Shown piece by piece: positions 39,227-50,400 of a stretch of DNA of 64,000 bases. Source of the stretch: a bacterium. Lineage in GTDB: Bacteria > Patescibacteriota > Minisyncoccia > Phycocordibacterales > UBA9973. Below the pieces are notes generated by a model. It was not told the origin of the DNA. It was given only the letters and a program-made list of their open reading frames with translations, and searched no databases. Position 1 is the first letter of the stretch, and the number at the start of each line of letters is the position of its first letter. Made by a program: the position numbers and the translations under genes. Location: assembly GCA_037143195.1 (NCBI GenBank), contig JBAWZD010000001.1, positions 16,892 to 80,891 on the forward strand. Direction: 5' to 3'.

Positions 39227-41254
39227 ATGTCAAAGAATATTTTTACTATTGAAAGTGATTGGGCGCCGTCAGGCGACCAACCAGAAGCAATCAAGGCTCT
39301 CGTCAAAGGGCTTGATTCTGGTATGCAAAAGCAGACTCTGCTTGGTGCGACTGGTACTGGAAAAACATTTTCGATTGCGAATGTTATTCAGCAACACAAC
39401 AAACCGACGCTCATTATTGCACACAACAAAACGCTCGCTGCACAGCTCGCGCAAGAATTTCGAGAATTTTTCCCAAATCACGCCGTACATTATTTCGTCT
39501 CGTACTACGACTTCTACCAGCCAGAAGCATATCTTCCGACGAGTGATACCTATATCGAAAAGGACGCACAGATCAACAAAGAAATTGATCGTCTTCGTCA
39601 CGCGACGACGCAGTCACTCCTCCTTCGCAAAGATGTCATTATCGTCGCCTCCGTCTCGTGTATTTACGGTCTCGGAAGTCCAGCTGAATATCAGAAGGTA
39701 AATATGAAATTGTCAGTCGGTGATACGATTGATCGCACTGCGCTCATGCGCCGACTTATCGAAGTGCATTTCACGCGCACGAATGCCGATCTTGAACCAG
39801 GTACGTTCCGTTCAGTCGGAAACAAAATCGATATCATGCCGATTTCAGAAACAATGATGTATCAGATTTCTGTTGGTGCTCGCGGTATTGAACGCATCAC
39901 CAAGATTGATCCTGTCTCATCGAAGTCGCTTGGTGATCAAGAGCATTTGTTTGTGTTCCCAGCGAAACATTTCATTACAAACGACGAGAGCAAGACCCGC
40001 GCAGTCAAAAGTATCAAAGCGGAGCTCGCTGCTCAGCTCAAGAAATTTGAAAAGGAAGGAAAGCTTCTCGAAGCAGAACGATTGAAGCGTCGCACGACAT
40101 ACGACCTCGCCATGATTGACGAGATGGGCTACTGTAATGGAATCGAAAACTATTCTCGACATCTTTCTGGCAAGAAGGCAGGTGAACCACCAGAAACATT
40201 GCTCTCATATTTCCCTCACAAAGCTGACGGCTCGCCTGATTTTTTGACGATCATCGACGAATCACACGTGACGCTTCCTCAGATTGGAGGTATGTACGCA
40301 GGCGATCAAGCACGCAAGAAAAATCTCGTGGAATTTGGATTTCGTTTGCCGAGTGCGTGCGACAACAGACCACTTACGTTTCCAGAATTTGAACAACGCA
40401 TCGGTCAGGTCATTTTCGTTTCGGCAACTCCAGCCGATCGCGAAAAAGAAATGAGTGAACAAATCGTTCAGCAGATTATTCGTCCGACCGGTCTCGTCGA
40501 TCCAGAAGTCATTGTTCGTCCAATTTTGGAAAAGGGGAATTACCCTGGGCAAATTCAAGATTTCATTCGTGAGACCGAGCTTACTGTGAAGAAAGGTGAT
40601 CGCGTCCTTGCCACAACACTCACCAAGAAAATGGCCGAAGACCTCGCCACGTACCTCAAGGACAAAAAAATAAAAGCAGAATATTTGCATAGTGAAATCA
40701 AGACGATTGATCGTATTCGCATTCTTACGCAATTTCGCAAAGGTGAATTCGACGTGCTTGTCGGAGTGAACTTGCTTCGAGAAGGTCTCGACCTTCCGGA
40801 AGTTTCATTTATTGGAATTCTCGACGCGGACAAAGAAGGATTCCTTCGCTCCGAAACATCACTCATTCAGACGATCGGTCGTGCAGCGCGTAACGTCGAT
40901 GGTCACGTCATACTCTATGCTGACGTGATGACTGGCTCACTTGAGAAAGCGATTGGGGAGACGAATCGTCGTCGCGCAATTCAAGTCGCATACAATACAA
41001 AACATGGCATTACGCCGATGACTATCAAGAAAGCCATTCGTGATATCGCGCAAGAGCTCGAAAGTGAACACGAAAAAGCGCTTGGCGAAGAATTGTCGAT
41101 CGATATGGCAATGATTGGTGCAAAGGGTCCAAAAGCCTACGCGAAACTCATTAAAATCAAAGAAAAAGAAATGAGTGCAGCGGTCAAAGACCTCGATTTT
41201 GAGACCGCAGCTATCTTGCGAGACGAGATTCAGGCACTCCGCTTGAGGGGCTAG
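39227..41254 (+). CDS. uvrB: Excinuclease ABC subunit B
   Basis: Helicase motifs (GATGTGKT, DESH), the beta-hairpin region, and the C-terminal UVR domain (AAILRDEIQALR). Confidence 0.95.
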   Translation: MSKNIFTIESDWAPSGDQPEAIKALVKGLDSGMQKQTLLGATGTGKTFSIANVIQQHNKPTLIIAHNKTLAAQLAQEFREFFPNHAVHYFVSYYDFYQPEAYLPTSDTYIEKDAQINKEIDRLRHATTQSLLLRKDVIIVASVSCIYGLGSPAEYQKVNMKLSVGDTIDRTALMRRLIEVHFTRTNADLEPGTFRSVGNKIDIMPISETMMYQISVGARGIERITKIDPVSSKSLGDQEHLFVFPAKHFITNDESKTRAVKSIKAELAAQLKKFEKEGKLLEAERLKRRTTYDLAMIDEMGYCNGIENYSRHLSGKKAGEPPETLLSYFPHKADGSPDFLTIIDESHVTLPQIGGMYAGDQARKKNLVEFGFRLPSACDNRPLTFPEFEQRIGQVIFVSATPADREKEMSEQIVQQIIRPTGLVDPEVIVRPILEKGNYPGQIQDFIRETELTVKKGDRVLATTLTKKMAEDLATYLKDKKIKAEYLHSEIKTIDRIRILTQFRKGEFDVLVGVNLLREGLDLPEVSFIGILDADKEGFLRSETSLIQTIGRAARNVDGHVILYADVMTGSLEKAIGETNRRRAIQVAYNTKHGITPMTIKKAIRDIAQELESEHEKALGEELSIDMAMIGAKGPKAYAKLIKIKEKEMSAAVKDLDFETAAILRDEIQALRLRG

Positions 41255-41311
41255 CGCATAATCAAAAAGTAATGTATAGTGCGAATATAATAATTAAGTC
41301 AGAAATTCAGT

Positions 41312-41806
41312 ATGAAAACAATGGATAAGAAATGGTGGTGGGTTATCGGTGGGGCGGTCGTGCTCGTCATCGTGATAATCGGCGCGCTTCGCTTGAGTCA
41401 CAAAGCAGAGGCTCCTGTCGCCGAACCGTCAACACATGACCTTGAAACATCAGTGCTTCAATCAACCGAGGATTTTAGTCGTGGCAGTGTGCACCAGGCT
41501 CCTGCTCCGACCGTACCAGCACTTACGTATACTGAAGCACTCACGAAGTATGCGGATGCTCGTCTTGAATTCGATGCTGAATGTCAGGTTCGACCCGTCA
41601 ATCAAACATGGAAGAATAACACTGAGCTCATGCTCGACAATCGTTCGAACCAGAATCGTTTGATTCACATGGATGTGCTTGGAGATGTTACTATCAAACC
41701 ATGGGGCTTTAAAATCGTGAAGTTTTCAAGTCCTACAACTCCAGATACAATAATGGTTGATTGCGGAAATTTGCAGAACGTTACATCGGTGCTCCTCCAA
41801 AAATAA
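41312..41806 (+). CDS. Hypothetical membrane-anchored protein (164 aa) between uvrB and uvrA
   Basis: N-terminal TM helix (WWWVIGGAVVLVIVIIGAL), then a soluble domain with no recognised motif. Confidence 0.5.
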   Translation: MKTMDKKWWWVIGGAVVLVIVIIGALRLSHKAEAPVAEPSTHDLETSVLQSTEDFSRGSVHQAPAPTVPALTYTEALTKYADARLEFDAECQVRPVNQTWKNNTELMLDNRSNQNRLIHMDVLGDVTIKPWGFKIVKFSSPTTPDTIMVDCGNLQNVTSVLLQK

Positions 41807-44407
41807 TTGAAAGATAAAGAACATCAAAACTGGATACGTGTGCGTGGCGCAAAAACGCACAATCTCAAAAATGTCGATGTCGATATGCCTCGAGACAAGA
41901 TGGTCGCTGTGACCGGAATGTCTGGATCAGGAAAGTCGTCGCTCGCATTTGATACGATATTTGCAGAGGGTCAACGTCGATACGTTGAGTCTCTGTCTTC
42001 GTATGCCCGACAGTTTTTGCAACAGATGCCGAAGCCTGAGGTGGAAGAAATTACCGGACTTTCTCCTGCGATTTCGATCGATCAAAAATCTCGCTCAAAC
42101 AATCCACGTTCGACTGTCGCGACGATCACGGAAATCTACGATTATCTCCGCGTGCTCTACGCACGTATCGGTCGACCATTTTCTCCAATCTCTGGACTTG
42201 AAGTAAAGAAACTTTCAAACCAAGAAATTTCTGATTTCGTTTTGAAAAAAGTAAAAGATGTTCTCAAGAATTCGAAAGGAAAAGAAAAGACGGTGATGGG
42301 TGTTTCGTGGGTTGATGCACCGATTTCAATTTACGCACCACTGGTGCGTGGACGAAAAGGTGAGTACTATCAATTGCTCTACGACATGCTTTCGAAGGGA
42401 TATGAAAAAGCACGCATCGATGGCGCTGAACACAATCTTCGTGATCGTATCGAGCTTTCAAAAAACGCAAAGCACGAGATTGATATTCTTGTGGATTCAT
42501 TTGCGGTGCACGAATTTACCGACAGACCAGCTGACATGGAAATGCGCTTGGCTGAGGCGATTGAACGCGCGATTCTTGAGAGTGACGGCCTCATTCGTAT
42601 CGTAACTCCTGAAGAAGATTCATTACTCTCGGCGAAGCTCGTGTGTCCAGAAGACGGCTACGTCTTCCCAGAAATTGAACCACGATTGTTCTCATTCAAC
42701 TCACCGTATGGAGCATGTCCTTCATGTAACGGTCTTGGAACAAAGCATTTTCTCGGTGGTGAACCATGTCCTGATTGTAAGGGAGCGCGTCTGCGCGAAG
42801 AAGCGCTCAACGTTTTTCTTGGTGGAAAGGAGCACGGAAAAAACATTGTTGATTTCACCACAATGACAGTGCGTGATGCGCACGAATTTTTGAAGACACT
42901 CAAGCTCACACCAAAAGAAAAAGAAATCGCTGCTGCAATCCTGAAAGAGATTGGAGACCGTGTGCAATTCATGCTCAACGTCGGCCTCGACTATCTCGGA
43001 CTTGATCGCCGTGCGAATACACTCAGTGGTGGAGAATCACAGCGTATTCGTCTCGCATCCCAACTCGGCTCACGCCTCGTCGGTGCCATGTACGTGCTCG
43101 ACGAACCGACCATCGGTCTGCATCAGCGCGACAACGACAAACTCATCGCAACACTTCTTGAACTTCGTGATCTTGGAAACACAATCATCGTCGTTGAACA
43201 TGATGAGGATACCATTTATGCGTCTGACTATATCGTTGATATTGGTCCAGCTGCCGGAGTTCATGGTGGAAATATTATAGAAAGTGGCTGGCTCGATACG
43301 TTGCTCACTGCAAAGACCAATCCGTCTGGCAGTCGTACACTCGCATATTTGCGCGGGGAAGCAAAAATTCCTGTACCAGAAAAACGTCGCGAAGCAGACA
43401 AAGGCAAACTCCAGATCGTTGGCGCAAAAATTCACAATATCGACAACATAAACGTAGACATTCCACTCGGTCGTCTCGTCTGTATCACTGGGGTGTCGGG
43501 AGCAGGAAAGTCGTCATTCATGGACGATGTCCTTGCGGCAAATCTTTCCGCGCAATTCGACAAAAAATATCGCTCAAACAATATTTACAATTGCTCGAAA
43601 TTCCTCGGCCGTGAATATCTCACTCGTGCAATTTTGATTGATCAGAGCCCAATCGGACGTACGCCTCGCTCAAACATTGCGACCTACACTGGCGCATGGA
43701 GTCATATCCGCGACATGTTTGCTGAGACAGAAGAAGCACGACTGCGTGGCTGGAAGGCAAATCGATTTTCATTCAATGTGAAAGGCGGACGCTGTGAAGC
43801 CTGTGAAGGTCGCGGTGTCATAGCGGTTGAAATGCATTTTTTGCCGACTGTCTACGTCACCTGTGATGTCTGTAATGGCAAACGCTTCGACAAAGAAACA
43901 CTCAAAATTAAATTTAAAAAGAAGAATGTATTCGAGGTGCTCGAAATGACTGTCGAAGAAGCGAATGTATTCTTCCGTGATATTCCAGCAATCAGTGACC
44001 GCTTGCAGACGTTGCTCGACGTTGGACTCGGCTATATCAAAATCGGACAAAACGCGACGACGCTCTCTGGCGGAGAAGCTCAGCGTGTCAAAATCGCAAG
44101 TGAACTGTATCGTCCGTTTATTCACAAGGCGATGTATTTGCTCGATGAACCAACGGTTGGATTGCATTATGACGACGTTGCGAATCTCGTTGATGTGTTG
44201 CAGAAACTCGTCGACCGAGGCAACACTGTTGTCGTTATCGAACACAACCTCGATCTTATCAAGTGTGCCGATCACCTCATCGACTTCGGACCAGAAGGAG
44301 GGGACAAAGGTGGAAAAATCGTTGCCAAAGGAACGCCAGAAGAAGTGGCGAATAACGCAAAATCACACACTGGGTACTATCTCAAAAAAGTACTGAAGAA
44401 AAAATAG
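41807..44407 (+). CDS. uvrA: Excinuclease ABC subunit A (compact, 866 aa, TTG start)
   Basis: Two ABC modules (GMSGSGKSS / GVSGAGKSS, signature LSGGESQR / LSGGEAQR) and zinc modules (CPSCNGLG...CPDCKG; CEACEGRG...CDVCNG). Confidence 0.93.
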   Translation: MKDKEHQNWIRVRGAKTHNLKNVDVDMPRDKMVAVTGMSGSGKSSLAFDTIFAEGQRRYVESLSSYARQFLQQMPKPEVEEITGLSPAISIDQKSRSNNPRSTVATITEIYDYLRVLYARIGRPFSPISGLEVKKLSNQEISDFVLKKVKDVLKNSKGKEKTVMGVSWVDAPISIYAPLVRGRKGEYYQLLYDMLSKGYEKARIDGAEHNLRDRIELSKNAKHEIDILVDSFAVHEFTDRPADMEMRLAEAIERAILESDGLIRIVTPEEDSLLSAKLVCPEDGYVFPEIEPRLFSFNSPYGACPSCNGLGTKHFLGGEPCPDCKGARLREEALNVFLGGKEHGKNIVDFTTMTVRDAHEFLKTLKLTPKEKEIAAAILKEIGDRVQFMLNVGLDYLGLDRRANTLSGGESQRIRLASQLGSRLVGAMYVLDEPTIGLHQRDNDKLIATLLELRDLGNTIIVVEHDEDTIYASDYIVDIGPAAGVHGGNIIESGWLDTLLTAKTNPSGSRTLAYLRGEAKIPVPEKRREADKGKLQIVGAKIHNIDNINVDIPLGRLVCITGVSGAGKSSFMDDVLAANLSAQFDKKYRSNNIYNCSKFLGREYLTRAILIDQSPIGRTPRSNIATYTGAWSHIRDMFAETEEARLRGWKANRFSFNVKGGRCEACEGRGVIAVEMHFLPTVYVTCDVCNGKRFDKETLKIKFKKKNVFEVLEMTVEEANVFFRDIPAISDRLQTLLDVGLGYIKIGQNATTLSGGEAQRVKIASELYRPFIHKAMYLLDEPTVGLHYDDVANLVDVLQKLVDRGNTVVVIEHNLDLIKCADHLIDFGPEGGDKGGKIVAKGTPEEVANNAKSHTGYYLKKVLKKK

Positions 44408-44448
44408 AAATTGTTCCTCCTTGCGAGTGGGAGTGGTAGGATATACTT

Positions 44449-45678
44449 ATGAAAATATCTGATGTCATCAAAGCAAAATTGCCCGATACACCAGGCGTGT
44501 ATTTTTTTCGCTTGGGTGATGAAATTCTCTATATCGGCAAGGCAACATCGCTCCGTGATCGCACGAAGAGCTATTTTGCCAAGGACCTGATTGCGACCCG
44601 TGGACCGCTCATTGTGGACATGGTATTTAAGGCTGATAACATCACATTCGAAGAAACAGACTCGGTGCTCGAAGCACTCATTCTTGAAGCAAATTTAATC
44701 AAGAAATATCAACCGTACTACAATACAAAAGAAAAGGATGACAAAAGCTGGAACTATGTGTGTATCACCAAAGGTGATTGTCCGATGGTGCTTGTCGAGC
44801 GTGGAAAGAATATCAATTTTGAAACGGGTACAACACTCAACGGAGTTGCGCTGAGCGATTGGTATGGACCATTCACGAGTGGCACCCAACTCAAAGAGGC
44901 GCTCAAAATTATCCGTCGCATTTTCCCGTTCGTTGATGCGTCGAGCGCGAAGCGCGACAATTATGAATTCTATCGCCAGCTCGGACTCACGCCTGATGTA
45001 TCGGGTGAAGAAAAACTCACGGCGTACAAACGAAGTGTGCGTAACCTGAAGCTCTTTTTTGAAGGCAAGAAAAAAACAATCGTGAGCGAGCTTGAGCGAG
45101 ACATGAAACTCGCTGCAAAGGAAGAGCGATTTGAAGATGCGTCACATATCCGCAATCAACTCTTTGCCCTCGGACATATCAATGACATTGCGCTCTTGAA
45201 AGGCGACCCAAGTGTCCGAAAGGAAAAAGCTGGTTTTCGTATCGAAGCGTATGACGTTGCGCACATGAGTGGCAAGAATATGGTTGGCGTGATGACGGTG
45301 ATGGAAGATGGTGAAGTAAACAAAAAAGAATATCGCACCTTTACTGTGCGAGGATTCACGAAAGCAAACGATACCGGTGCTCTCGAAGAAATCCTCTCGC
45401 GCCGACTTCGTCATACTGAATGGGGAATGCCAGATCTCGTCGTCGCTGACGGAGGTGAAGCACAGCTTCGCGTCGCACGCCAAGTGCTCGATCGCTACCA
45501 AATGAAAGTCCCTGTTGTGTCTGTGGTGAAAGATGATCACCATAAGCCAAAGGATTTTCTGGGTGACATGGACATGGTTGCGAAGCACAAAAAAGAAATT
45601 CTCTTGATGAATTCAGAGGCGCATCGTTTTTCAATTCGTCTGCACAAAAATAAGCGAGACAAGAATTTTTTGCCATAA
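44449..45678 (+). CDS. uvrC: Excinuclease ABC subunit C, short form (409 aa) lacking the C-terminal (HhH)2 region
   Basis: GIY-YIG (GVYFFRLGDEILYIGKATSLRDR), UVR domain (ERFEDASHIRNQLFAL), and the start of the RNase H-like endonuclease domain (AYDVAHMSGKNMVGVM). Confidence 0.8.
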   Translation: MKISDVIKAKLPDTPGVYFFRLGDEILYIGKATSLRDRTKSYFAKDLIATRGPLIVDMVFKADNITFEETDSVLEALILEANLIKKYQPYYNTKEKDDKSWNYVCITKGDCPMVLVERGKNINFETGTTLNGVALSDWYGPFTSGTQLKEALKIIRRIFPFVDASSAKRDNYEFYRQLGLTPDVSGEEKLTAYKRSVRNLKLFFEGKKKTIVSELERDMKLAAKEERFEDASHIRNQLFALGHINDIALLKGDPSVRKEKAGFRIEAYDVAHMSGKNMVGVMTVMEDGEVNKKEYRTFTVRGFTKANDTGALEEILSRRLRHTEWGMPDLVVADGGEAQLRVARQVLDRYQMKVPVVSVVKDDHHKPKDFLGDMDMVAKHKKEILLMNSEAHRFSIRLHKNKRDKNFLP

Positions 45679-45695
45679 TACGATATACTGAGACT

Positions 45696-46628
45696 ATGAT
45701 TCGCGTTGGAGTACTTCGTGGGGGAGCTGGAACCGATTACGAGCAATCGCTCGCAAGTGGAGCATACGTACTCAAACATCTTCCGCATGATCGGTACGAG
45801 GTTTATGATGTGTATATTGATACTGAAGGTGTTTGGCATCTTGGGGGCACTCCTGTCTCCGAAGAAAAACTTCGTCATCGCATCGACGTTATTTGGAACA
45901 CCTTGTCGGGATACTTTGGGGCAGATGGAAAGTTGCAACAACTGCTTGAAAAACTTGGAATACAATATACGGGCAGTGACCCGCTTACTTCAGCGATCGT
46001 AGCCAATCGCAAATTGCAAAAAGATCGACTTGCAACCCTCGGCATCGTAACTCCACGTGGGCTATTTGTAGATTCATGGGGCGACGGAGTGTACGACGCA
46101 AAGGATGTTGATACAGTCGTTGCGACTGTATCAAAAAAGTTTTCTCCACCGTGGATTGTTACGCCAACATCTCGTGTTGGTGGAAGCGATTTTGTTATTG
46201 CAAAAACACGAATCGAGCTTGCGCACATACTCCAAACAATGTGTCAGAACAAAACTCCCGTCCTCATTGAGGAAGCCGTGATTGGTCAGGAAGTACGAGT
46301 CGTTGCTTCGAGTGGGTTTCGCGGACAAAAAACGTACACATTTTTGCCAGTAGAAAAAAACAGGGGCGCACACAAAAAATTGAAACGAGAAGAACGTGAT
46401 ATCGTGCAACGTGTCGCGCGAAGTGTGCATGAAGGATTGGAGCTCGGTTCGTACTCATGCATTCATGCCGTTGTCTCTCCCAAGGGACGCGTATACGTGA
46501 CTGGAGTAGATACGGTACTTGCCGTCCATCCTGAATCAGATTTTCACGAGGCACTCACCTCTGTTGGCTCATCGTTTCGTGAATTTTCTGAGCACGTACT
46601 TTCGCATGCACGTGCACGAAAAATATAA
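45696..46628 (+). CDS. ddl: D-alanine--D-alanine ligase (ATP-grasp)
   Basis: MIRVGVLRGGAGTDYEQSLASG N-terminus and ATP-grasp core. Confidence 0.8.
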   Translation: MIRVGVLRGGAGTDYEQSLASGAYVLKHLPHDRYEVYDVYIDTEGVWHLGGTPVSEEKLRHRIDVIWNTLSGYFGADGKLQQLLEKLGIQYTGSDPLTSAIVANRKLQKDRLATLGIVTPRGLFVDSWGDGVYDAKDVDTVVATVSKKFSPPWIVTPTSRVGGSDFVIAKTRIELAHILQTMCQNKTPVLIEEAVIGQEVRVVASSGFRGQKTYTFLPVEKNRGAHKKLKREERDIVQRVARSVHEGLELGSYSCIHAVVSPKGRVYVTGVDTVLAVHPESDFHEALTSVGSSFREFSEHVLSHARARKI

Positions 46629-46707
46629 GTATCTTTTCCACACACGAGTCGAGATTTTTACTGAGGAGGAGTATACTTATCGTACTAGTAGTTAATGAGC
46701 AGTATTT

Positions 46708-47175
46708 ATGAAAAACAAACAAGCTGGTTTTACCTTGATTGAACTTTTGGTCGTCATCGCGATTATCGGTATTCTTGCGACTATCGTGCTTACATCGCTT
46801 GGAAGTGCTCGTGTAAAAGCAAATGATGCGAAAGTTCAAGCACAACTTTCTTCGATGCGTGCGCAAGGAGAAATGTTTTTTGGCGATAATTCTAATTATG
46901 GTAGTTCACAATCTTCATATGGAGATTGTCATACAGGGGAGTTATTTCTTAGTGGATCGAATACACTCTTTTCGCTTATTACTGCGATTCCATCAACATA
47001 CACGGTAGCTTGTTATGAAGATCCGTATGGTTCAGGAAGTGCCAGTGTTTGGGCTGTTACGGCTTCGAATGGTCTTACCGTGGGGGGTGCTTCGTGGTGC
47101 GCAGATAGTACCGGTCAGTTTAAGAATTACTCAGGATCAACTCCTGTGACTCCAGTGCTTGCAGTTTGTCAGTAG
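46708..47175 (+). CDS. Type IV pilin / pseudopilin with a prepilin N-terminal methylation motif
   Basis: KQAGFTLIELLVVIAIIGILA class III signal peptide; a C-terminal Cys pair. Confidence 0.85.
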   Translation: MKNKQAGFTLIELLVVIAIIGILATIVLTSLGSARVKANDAKVQAQLSSMRAQGEMFFGDNSNYGSSQSSYGDCHTGELFLSGSNTLFSLITAIPSTYTVACYEDPYGSGSASVWAVTASNGLTVGGASWCADSTGQFKNYSGSTPVTPVLAVCQ

Positions 47176-47192
47176 CCAAATTTGTAAAGGTT

Positions 47193-47228
47193 GCAACAAA
47201 AAAACGCCGAATGGCGTTTTTTTGTTGC
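47193..47228. terminator. Bidirectional intrinsic terminator with a 16-bp perfect stem gcaacaaaaaaacgcc/ggcgtttttttgttgc
   Basis: Read directly. It sits between the pilin gene (+) and tRNA-Ala (-). Confidence 0.8.
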
Positions 47229-47259
47229 GTGTCTTTGTCTCGCGAGAATCGAACAGGTG

Positions 47260-47332
47260 TGGACCCTAGGAGATTCGAACTCCTGACCTCCTCTTTGCAA
47301 AAGAGGCGCTCTACCAACTAAGCTAAGGGCCC
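47260..47332 (-). tRNA. tRNA-Ala (anticodon TGC), G3:U70 and A73 present, CCA not encoded
   Basis: The reverse complement is GGGCCCTTAGCTTAGTTGGTAGAGCGCCTCTTTTGCAAAGAGGAGGTCAGGAGTTCGAATCTCCTAGGGTCCA, with a cloverleaf and anticodon loop TTTGCAA. Confidence 0.85.
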
Positions 47333-47467
47333 AAAAAAAATAACTTCGGTATTGTAGCTTAAATGTATCTTTTTCGCAAGAATGGACAATTTTAATCAGG
47401 ATATTTTAGAGCAGGAAATTCACTCATTTTCCTTTCTGTATATGAATTTTTCTGATAAAATACACCT

Positions 47468-50400
47468 ATGGACTGGCTTTCTGATTTTGCTAGCCGTATC
47501 CAAGAGAAACTCGATAAATATACGCGCGAGTTTTTTGTCGTGACTACTCATTTTTTGAATCGAATTACGAAGCGTTTAGGCAGTTCTTTTACGTTTACAA
47601 AAGAAAAAACACGCATATCGGTGATTGGACTTGTTGTAGTACTTGTCACTTCGTCTATCATTTTTGCTCCACATAGTTCTGCGACGGTTTCTGATTTTTA
47701 TCCAGGTACTTGTTCTGGTGGGTGGCTCAATCCTCAGAATGCCACTGGTTTACCGTCACTCGATGGGGTGCAGCCTGCGAATAGCTATACAGAAAAAAAT
47801 TCTGCTGTGCTTAATAATTCACATTCTGATATCGTTTGTAATAACTTTGCCGGAAATATTCCAAGTGGAACAAATCCAAAAACATTTACGGTTAAATTCC
47901 ATTGGTCGATTGACGACGGATCTGTTGCACATGATGGGGTGTCTACTCCCACACCAGCTACGACAACAGATGTTATTTCTGCACCAGCTACGACGTCTCA
48001 ATCACCAAGCGACACCACCACAGCTACACAAACTCCAACCGATACAAAAACTACAACTGACACAACAATCCCTGCATCAACAATCACGACACCAACACCA
48101 ACACCAACTTCAGACACGACAACGACTCCACCAGCTACACCAGTAATCACACCTGATGCAACTCCGGTAGTTCCAGCAACTCCGGTACTTACTGCGCCAA
48201 CTACTTCGTCCGATACTCAGCCCGCAGCAGACACGACAATTCCAACAACAACGCCTGCGGCTACTACTGCAACAACCGATCAACCAAAGACAGTAGCGTC
48301 TGCATTCAAAAAAACACTTGCAACTCTCGATGCGCTTGTAACGGACGCGTTGAGTGCTGGTGACACAACAATGTTTCATTCTCCAAGTGATATGTTTGTC
48401 GTTCGCTATTCCGTAGACGGAACTAACTGGAACGATATTGGCACAGTCAATGCTGCAAATTGGCAGACTGCTACGTTTACGATATCTGGGCCAGACATCG
48501 CAGGATGGAGTGATCTTTCAAAATTACATGTTGGACTTTTTAGTCTTTCTCCTGATGGAACACAGCCTGTTGTGTATATCGATGCTGTTGAAGTCGATGT
48601 TGATTATGCTGATGCGAGCACTTCAGTTATCGTTCCGACAGTGAAAGTCGTCGACCCGTCTATCTCAATCGTTGCTCCGCAAAAAGATAATTTTACTTTG
48701 GATGAGGCACCGGTGTTTTCTATCACTAACCCAAATCTTTCAACTGCTCAAATTTTACACCTTGTTCAAAATGACAAAGCCGTCGTTGTTGACGACCACT
48801 TGGGTGTTTTTTCTGAGACAGCACCCAAAACGATACCAACGCAACCTCCGACGAGTCAGACAGATACAGGCCCGACAAGTTCGACTTTGACAGCACCAGC
48901 GCAATCTCCAAGCGACACCACCACAGCTACACAAACTCCAACCGATACAAAAGCTACGGCTGATACAAAAGTTCCCACTGATACAAAAACTACAACTGAC
49001 ACAACAATCCCTGCATCAACAATCACGACACCAGAACCAACACCAACACCAACACCAACTTCAGACACGACAACGACTCCACCAGCTACACCAGTAATCA
49101 CACCTGATGCAACTCCGGTAGTTCCAGCAACTCCGGTACTTACTGCGCCAAGTGAAACAACATCAGCTCAAACTGTAACGCCAGCACCAGTATCGGCGCC
49201 TGTTCAACCAGTTTCAGATTTGAATAGCGCGATTTCGACGAGTACGGCAGATTCTTCAAACCTCGGCGCGTTTGCTGTTGGTGCGCTTGGATCGGATATC
49301 ACTGGCGTCCAAGCGTTTCAGAAAGTTGATTTCAAGCACCTATTTGCGAACACCGTTCTGCGCTATTACAGCATGATGCGACAGGTATTTCGTATGTCGT
49401 TTGCAAACGCATTGCTTGCGCTTGCGGGGGACACGGCATCATCACCAATCGATGCTGTGGTGCTCGATGCTTCAGGCAATCAAACGACGATTGCAGTTAC
49501 AGTACAACATGTGGTCGTGAATGGTGTTGGTCAAGATCAAGTTGTCGTCAGTAAGCCTGACAATATGTTTCGTCCTGGAAAATATACGCTTCAAGTTACA
49601 TTACATACTCCCGACGTGAATATCATTTCCGAACAAGATTTTTCATGGGGCGTACTTGCAATCAACGTTGATCGTTCCGTCTATCACGCAGGAGACACCG
49701 CGTATGTACAGATGGGTGTGATTGACGACTTTGGGCATACAATCTGTGATGCCGACATGACGCTCGTTATTACGAGTCCATTTGGTGTTGATCAGACATA
49801 CACGACGAGTGATGGGACTGTCGTACGCGAACCGCAATGTGGACCGGACAATTATATTCATGTCCCTGATTACTATGCACATCCCCATATTGGGAGCGAG
49901 GAAGGTGTGTATCATATGACACTCACGGCGAATACGCGAAATGGTATTCGTACGGTACACGATGCGTTTACGGTCAGCTCTGATATTCCATTTGATGTTG
50001 TGCGTAGTGGTCCGACTCGTGTGTATCCGGCCGATAAGTATCCGGCAGAAATGCAGATTACTTCGCCTGTCGATTGGCAGGGAACAATCGTTGATACGCT
50101 ACCGAGTTCTTTTGAGGTGAGTGCGCTCGATGGAGTGGCTCTGTATGATACTGTGACGACGACTGGTGATACAACGACGGTGACATGGAATGTTTCGCTC
50201 GTCGCAGGCAAAACAACAACTATCGGATATTCATTCTTGCCGCCACCAATCAGTCCAGAATTTTATTTGCTCGGACCGCTCACTTTTTATAATAAAGGTG
50301 ATGACAGTACGACTGCCATTCCGGTCTTTAAAGAAATGCGTCGTTGGCAAATCGCAGACGATTCTTCATGTACATATATCGGTCCAGCGATTGGATTTTG

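Noticed and set aside
46555-46866. 103-aa minus-strand ORF overlapping the pilin start
   Set aside because: Antisense to the pilin N-terminus, which has a textbook prepilin motif.
47229-47259. T-loop-like gaatcgaac fragment next to tRNA-Ala as a possible second tRNA
   Set aside because: No acceptor, D or anticodon arms can be built. It lies inside the terminator-flank sequence.
47990-49150. Thr/Pro-encoding tandem repeats as a possible CRISPR or other non-coding array
   Set aside because: The repeats are in-frame coding sequence of the giant ORF with no spacer/repeat periodicity. No cas genes anywhere in the window.
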